From positions 1 through 20,243 of the forward strand of contig JASFYY010000076.1 in the NCBI GenBank assembly GCA_045046875.1: 20,243 nt of DNA. Direction: 5' to 3'. The notes under the pieces are model-generated. The model was not told where the DNA came from. It did not search any database and worked only from the letters and a program-made list of their open reading frames with translations. Position numbers and translations under genes: made by a program. Source of the DNA: Verrucomicrobiota bacterium. Lineage in GTDB: Bacteria > Verrucomicrobiota > Verrucomicrobiia > Verrucomicrobiales > DEV007. Shown piece by piece: positions 16,619-20,243 of this stretch (positions within the stretch are counted from its first letter, which is position 1; every line of letters starts with the position of its first letter).

Positions 16619-18490
16619 TTACAGAGACAGGACATATTCCACCAGGTCTTCGATCTCCTTGTCCTTCAGATTTTTGGTATAGCCGTGGTCGTCAGTTGGG
16701 TTGTGGTTCGTCACCACATCGCGGATCGTTCGTGAGCGCCCATCGTGAAGGTAGGGGGCGCTGCGCCATATTTCGACAAGGGTTGGCACATCGTATTTGG
16801 TATCGATCTCTCGTCCGGTGCCCGTTCCCACATCGTAGAGTTTCAGGTCGGTGAAATAGTTTCCGGCGTGGCATTTGCTGCATTTGGCTTTCTTGAAAAC
16901 AGCCTTTCCGCGTAAGGCTGACTTCGATAGTTTGTTATTAACCAGATGTGGGCTTGGGACGGGCTTCATGGATTTGAGGAAGGAGTCGATTGCCACGGCA
17001 TCCGATTCCGGCAGCACGGCCATAAAAAAACGAATGCCGGCTCGCACCGATGTTTCCGCGTTGGCGCGACAACCGGTGACCGTGGTTGGCGGAGTTTTGT
17101 GCGACAGTAACAGGCTTTTGGTGTTTTTCGGATTTCCAATGCCGTCATTAAGAATGTCCCAATTCAGGGCGTCGACACGTTCGCTGGGGTGGCAACTGGT
17201 GCAGCTCTGCCACTGCTGAAAACAGAAGGATCCGTCATTAAATAGGAAACGACCGCGTCTAACCACATTCATTTCTTGAGTCGGGCCGAGTGAATAGGAG
17301 GAAACAACAGGGAAGTCGGGTTCGGTCAAATCCACGACCGCGATATCGTCGGTGAAAAACTGGGCTGCATACAAGCGGGACCCTGCGATGACACAAGAGC
17401 GTGGACCCAAGCCCGGCAATTTCACCCGTTTGCGCATGCCGACGAGGAAGCTGAGATCGTTGGGAACCTGATCGCCTGCTGCTGCCAGTTTTGTGTGTAG
17501 GGCTGCCCGGTCGATCAGGCTGATCTCATGACTGCCTGCGTGTGTGCTAGCCAGCGTTTTGCCATCGGGTGTGATGGCGATACCCCAGGGGTTGGGAGCG
17601 CCCAGATCAATGTCGTCGAGGAGAAAGGTGTTGAGTAAGGCCATTTTTTCAAGGTCGATCACGCTGATGGCATTAGTGTTCACCCAACCACGTTCGATCT
17701 GGGTGGTTGGCAATTGGTAGCGGGCAAGCACATGGCCGAGGTAGGCGTATTTGCCATCGGGTGATAGACAGATATCACGCAAACCATTGCTACCATTGGG
17801 CAGTGCGAGTTCAGTAATGGTTTGGTTTGTTTTGGTATCGATGACAGAGATCGCTGCTGCCACATAGTCGCTGTTCGCCGTGCCTGCCGGGAGGTGATTC
17901 ACTACTAGGAGCTGGGCGCCGTCGGAGGTCAATACAGCAGAAACTGGTTCGCGCTTGACCGCAACGCGGACACGCGTTTTTCCTGATGCCGTGTCGATGA
18001 CCGAGACATCGTTGTTGAAACGATTGCAGATATATAGAGTTTTTCCATCTGCACTGACCACTGGCGCTGTCGGACTGTGACCAGCTTTATAGGTAGCTAT
18101 TGTTTTGCCTGACTGGGTGTCGAATACAAGCACCCGGCCGTTGCTGACTCCGGCTGTAATGTAAAGTTTTTTTTCATCCGGAGACAAAGCAAGTCCGCTA
18201 GGCTCCGATTTGATCGCAAGGCGCTTGATCAGCTTGCCGTTTGTGGCGTTCAGTTCCGCTACGCTGCCTGCTGTGGTTTCTGTTACAAACAGCCGTTTCC
18301 CATTTTTCGTGGCGATGATGTGCGATGGCGACCGGTATCCTGTTTCTGCCTGTCCTGCGGGCGGAGACAGGATGAACGCCATTCCCAGTATGAAAGCGGC
18401 GATTCTTGCACAGGAAGCCACCTGTGGATGTAGCGGGGATATCAAATTATTCGGGGGGGACAAGGGGTGGGGGGCAACACCGGGAAACAT
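16619..18490 (-). CDS. YVTN/YncE beta-propeller fused to a di-heme cytochrome c peroxidase-like domain (HzsB/HzsC-like architecture); true start may be at 18445 or 18421
   Basis: Signal-like segment ending AGQA; repeated blades such as PSGLALSPDEKKLYI and DGKTLYICN...VSVIDT; CTSCH (17189-17203), CSKCH (16868-16882) and VPTLVEIWRSAPYLHDG CCP-type motif. Confidence 0.85.
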   Translation of the reverse strand: MFPGVAPHPLSPPNNLISPLHPQVASCARIAAFILGMAFILSPPAGQAETGYRSPSHIIATKNGKRLFVTETTAGSVAELNATNGKLIKRLAIKSEPSGLALSPDEKKLYITAGVSNGRVLVFDTQSGKTIATYKAGHSPTAPVVSADGKTLYICNRFNNDVSVIDTASGKTRVRVAVKREPVSAVLTSDGAQLLVVNHLPAGTANSDYVAAAISVIDTKTNQTITELALPNGSNGLRDICLSPDGKYAYLGHVLARYQLPTTQIERGWVNTNAISVIDLEKMALLNTFLLDDIDLGAPNPWGIAITPDGKTLASTHAGSHEISLIDRAALHTKLAAAGDQVPNDLSFLVGMRKRVKLPGLGPRSCVIAGSRLYAAQFFTDDIAVVDLTEPDFPVVSSYSLGPTQEMNVVRRGRFLFNDGSFCFQQWQSCTSCHPSERVDALNWDILNDGIGNPKNTKSLLLSHKTPPTTVTGCRANAETSVRAGIRFFMAVLPESDAVAIDSFLKSMKPVPSPHLVNNKLSKSALRGKAVFKKAKCSKCHAGNYFTDLKLYDVGTGTGREIDTKYDVPTLVEIWRSAPYLHDGRSRTIRDVVTNHNPTDDHGYTKNLKDKEIEDLVEYVLSL

Positions 18491-18553
18491 CGACTTGCAA
18501 TTAGGGTGAATGCAACTCGTAGAAGTGGATTGCTGTCGTCCTTTTCACGAAAC

Positions 18554-18793
18554 TCACAATTTATGCGGATTATTGGACTGGTTATGCGGATGACCGGCCA
18601 GGTAAACGTATCTATGAAATTTATCCTGTGACATCGCACCGGATAATGATCTTGCCTGAGATCGGGTGGTAAGAAAGTGCTTCGCCCAGTGACCGGAAGG
18701 ATCCAGTTCAAGCACTGCTATCAAATCATCCAAAGCTTCGATCAGAGAGGAGATTTGTTCCTGCCGATACTCCATTGTGATGGGGTTGTTCAT
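18554..18793 (-). CDS. Small hypothetical protein, probably a truncated cassette-derived gene
   Basis: Protein-like amphipathic N-terminal half (LIEALDDLIAVLELDPSGHWAKHF); the C-terminus looks degenerate; lies right after an attC remnant. Confidence 0.4.
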   Translation of the reverse strand: MNNPITMEYRQEQISSLIEALDDLIAVLELDPSGHWAKHFLTTRSQARSLSGAMSQDKFHRYVYLAGHPHNQSNNPHKL

Positions 18794-18824
18794 AGGGCGG
18801 GGAAAGGGCTTGGTTTTTTGTGGG

Positions 18825-18833
18825 GTTCGAGTG
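18825..18833 (-). other. attC remnant (R'' box only)
   Basis: Minus strand TAA-CACTCGAAC directly after the pseudogene stop; near-complementary to the upstream R' GTTCGGTG. Confidence 0.45.
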
Positions 18834-19189
18834 TTATTGAGGTATTGGAATTGATGGCGGGGTGTTTACCGCATTCGGTTTCGCTGTGAATGAAATATGG
18901 GTTTTCCCCCAGCTTGGACTGCCGTAAGCTGTAACCGCATCTGAGTAAAGATCCACGTTATCAATAACAATCGGGGTGGATAACTAGGTTCTTATAGAAA
19001 TATCATTTAAAATGAAGGGTTAGCGTAAATCCTTCGGGATTCCAACTGTCACGTTTGGCTACAATGATGGCATCTATTGTTCCATCAATTTTCGACACCC
19101 GTGCGATCTCATACTCTCCACGATAAACGCTGAATAAGCATTTTGGCGTCAGGACGAATACAAAGGCAATGATCCCTGCGAGCCTTCAT
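18834..19189 (-). pseudogene. Decayed gene-cassette ORF (~118 aa secreted protein)
   Basis: ATG 6 nt after the attC R' box. Reads MK/LAGIIAFVFVLTP...TLHFK/NDISIRT*LSTPIVIDNVDLYSDAVTAYG...PQ*, requiring two frameshifts and one TAG; fills the space between the attC boxes. Confidence 0.55.
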
Positions 19190-19195
19190 ACCTTC

Positions 19196-19321
19196 ACCGA
19201 ACGTCGAGCTCACCCAGCACTGAGCAGGGAGCGAGCGTGAACGAAGAGGTTAGTGTTTAAAGTCATGTTGGTTTTTAACATCGGGGCAGCTCAGTGCTTG
19301 GTGAGCAGCGTTTTGTTTTCT
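19196..19321 (-). mobile_element. attC: Integron attC recombination site (126 bp)
   Basis: Minus strand R'' AGAAAAC ... GCTCACCAAGCACTGAGC / GCTCAGTGCTGGGTGAGC (17/18 paired) ... TCGAC-R' GTTCGGT; begins 6 nt after the toxin stop codon. Confidence 0.85.
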
Positions 19322-19327
19322 GCTTAG

Positions 19328-19645
19328 TTATAAATCCATCGAATACCTCAGAGCTTCCTTCACTGCCTTAAACGATTTGCCATGAATTGTCCCAATCGGG
19401 CCATTCAATTCATGATGCTGAATTGCCTGAAGACCTTGAACATTCGCGTAACTCTTCATCCGAAAAAATGGTAGGGAAGGTAGCTCTACTTCGTAAAGCG
19501 ATTCGCGGCATGATGAAGTAATTGGGACACATATAGACAGAGCCCGAGGAGAATCGCAATCTTCGCGTGATACGACCAACATCATTCGGACTTTGCCGCT
19601 CGCACCGAGATCAACTCGATAGACTTCACCTGGTTTAGTCGTCAT
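19328..19645 (-). CDS. mazF: Type II toxin, PemK/MazF family endoribonuclease
   Basis: KPGEVYRVDL..GKVRMMLVVS...CVPITS...KSYANVQGL...IGTI; overlaps the antitoxin by 11 bp. Confidence 0.85.
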   Translation of the reverse strand: MTTKPGEVYRVDLGASGKVRMMLVVSREDCDSPRALSICVPITSSCRESLYEVELPSLPFFRMKSYANVQGLQAIQHHELNGPIGTIHGKSFKAVKEALRYSMDL

Positions 19646-19865
19646 ATAGCGAATCTAAAGCACTTTGTCTCATCGAACTTGTGACCAAGAGATCATCATT
19701 CTGATCTGGAAGCCCTACACTAAAAGGAAGCCCTCGTTGGAGTTTTACCTGAGAGAGAAACATGCGAATCGCATCGGTAGTAGATATACCGAGCTCTGAA
19801 AAAATCCTGTCAGTCTCGTCTTTTAATTCAGGGTCTACCCTCGCCCTTACAGTTGCATCATTCAT
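19635..19865 (-). CDS. Type II antitoxin, RelB/DinJ family (RHH)
   Basis: MNDATVRARVDPELK...FSELGISTTDAIRMFLSQV..QRGLPF; start placed at ATG 19865 because the TTG extension runs through the promoter. Confidence 0.88.
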   Translation of the reverse strand: MNDATVRARVDPELKDETDRIFSELGISTTDAIRMFLSQVKLQRGLPFSVGLPDQNDDLLVTSSMRQSALDSLYDD

Positions 19866-19871
19866 GGCGCA

Positions 19872-19900
19872 ATTATGACACAAATGTGCTACAGCGGCAA
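19872..19900 (-). promoter_or_regulatory. Sigma70 promoter of the TA cassette with an internal operator-like palindrome
   Basis: TTGCCG-17 nt-CATAAT, 6 nt before the ATG; CACA-tt-TGTG palindrome in the spacer. Confidence 0.7.
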
Positions 19901-19910
19901 TATTTATTTA

Positions 19911-19927
19911 CAGACAACGTCGAGCTC
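19911..19927 (-). other. attC: Truncated attC (right end with R' only)
   Basis: Minus strand GAGCTCGAC-GTTGTCTG; the 12-mer GAGCTCGACGTT is identical to the right end of the intact attC; the rest is replaced by the palindromic element. Confidence 0.7.
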
Positions 19928-20175
19928 GGGTGCAGGACAAAAAAGTTAGCCATTGTTTATTGAAAGCTGCCTTATCACCCATCAACATCATTTCGCCCTT
20001 TTAGGGCTGGCAATAAAACCGATTTAACCCCAGCGCTGCGCACTGGGCTATCACATTTTGTCCTTACAGGACAGTTTGCTTTCATCTCTTCTGCACCAAC
20101 GGTGCTCAATGATATAGCCCAGTGCGAAGCGCTGGGTAAAAAACCCAATTCTCCCAGCCCTGCAAGGCATACGCG
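19927..20175. mobile_element. Palindromic REP/REPIN- or MITE-like element, copy 2 (inverted relative to copy 1)
   Basis: Reverse complement aligns along ~3025-3278, starting at cgggtgcaggacaaaaa; internal arms 20029-20051/20114-20136; distal end degenerate. Confidence 0.8.
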
Positions 20176-20243
20176 TCAACTTAAGGCAAGAGCGTAGAAA
20201 GATTCATGATAATTTTTTCGCCGCCTCTTATCGTAGCAGCAAT

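Noticed and set aside
10585..18490. Calling the genes bona fide hzsA/hzsB/hzsC (anammox metabolism)
   Set aside because: The heme alpha-I Tyr motif is absent, the A-like gene is duplicated, a Rid-like gene is inserted and no other anammox genes are in view; only architecture-level similarity is supportable.
4270..18509. Many short antisense or alternative-frame ORFs in the track (e.g. 4270..4629, 5612..6082, 5743..6219, 14345..14842, 16875..17219)
   Set aside because: They lie on well-supported long CDSs and show no recognisable motifs; they are shadow ORFs.
19196..19321. Simple rho-independent terminator after mazF
   Set aside because: The arms are separated by a ~60-nt loop, bounded by AAC/GTT boxes, and there is no U-tract in the gene's direction; attC fits better.
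19866..19883. MCHNCA extension of the antitoxin as a metal or heme motif
   Set aside because: It comes from a TTG start inside the promoter; family similarity starts at the ATG at 19865.

Overview
Bacterial chromosomal window with no rRNA, tRNA or CRISPR array. Gene content (two HzsA-like proteins, a secreted GH33-like sialidase) and C-rich starts lacking Shine-Dalgarno motifs suggest a PVC-superphylum organism, probably Verrucomicrobiota (inference). From left to right it holds: two low-GC membrane-anchored hypothetical genes, a secreted VOC protein, a palindromic REP/MITE-like element, a MOSC protein, a sialidase-family protein, a DAACS symporter, two roadblock-like proteins, a GcvR-like ACT protein, and a nucleoside-phosphorylase-like plus spore-photoproduct-lyase-like radical SAM pair. 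Next comes a tight 7.9-kb minus-strand operon that mirrors anammox hydrazine synthase architecture: a beta-propeller/di-heme fusion, a Rid/FkbO-like enzyme and two HzsA-like multiheme proteins, with 7 CxxCH motifs in total. The right end is a decaying integron cassette array with no integrase in view. It has one intact attC, two attC remnants, a RelB/DinJ-MazF hybrid toxin-antitoxin cassette and a pseudogenised cassette, and it is cut by a second, inverted copy of the palindromic element. All family calls come from motif recognition by eye; no searches were run.
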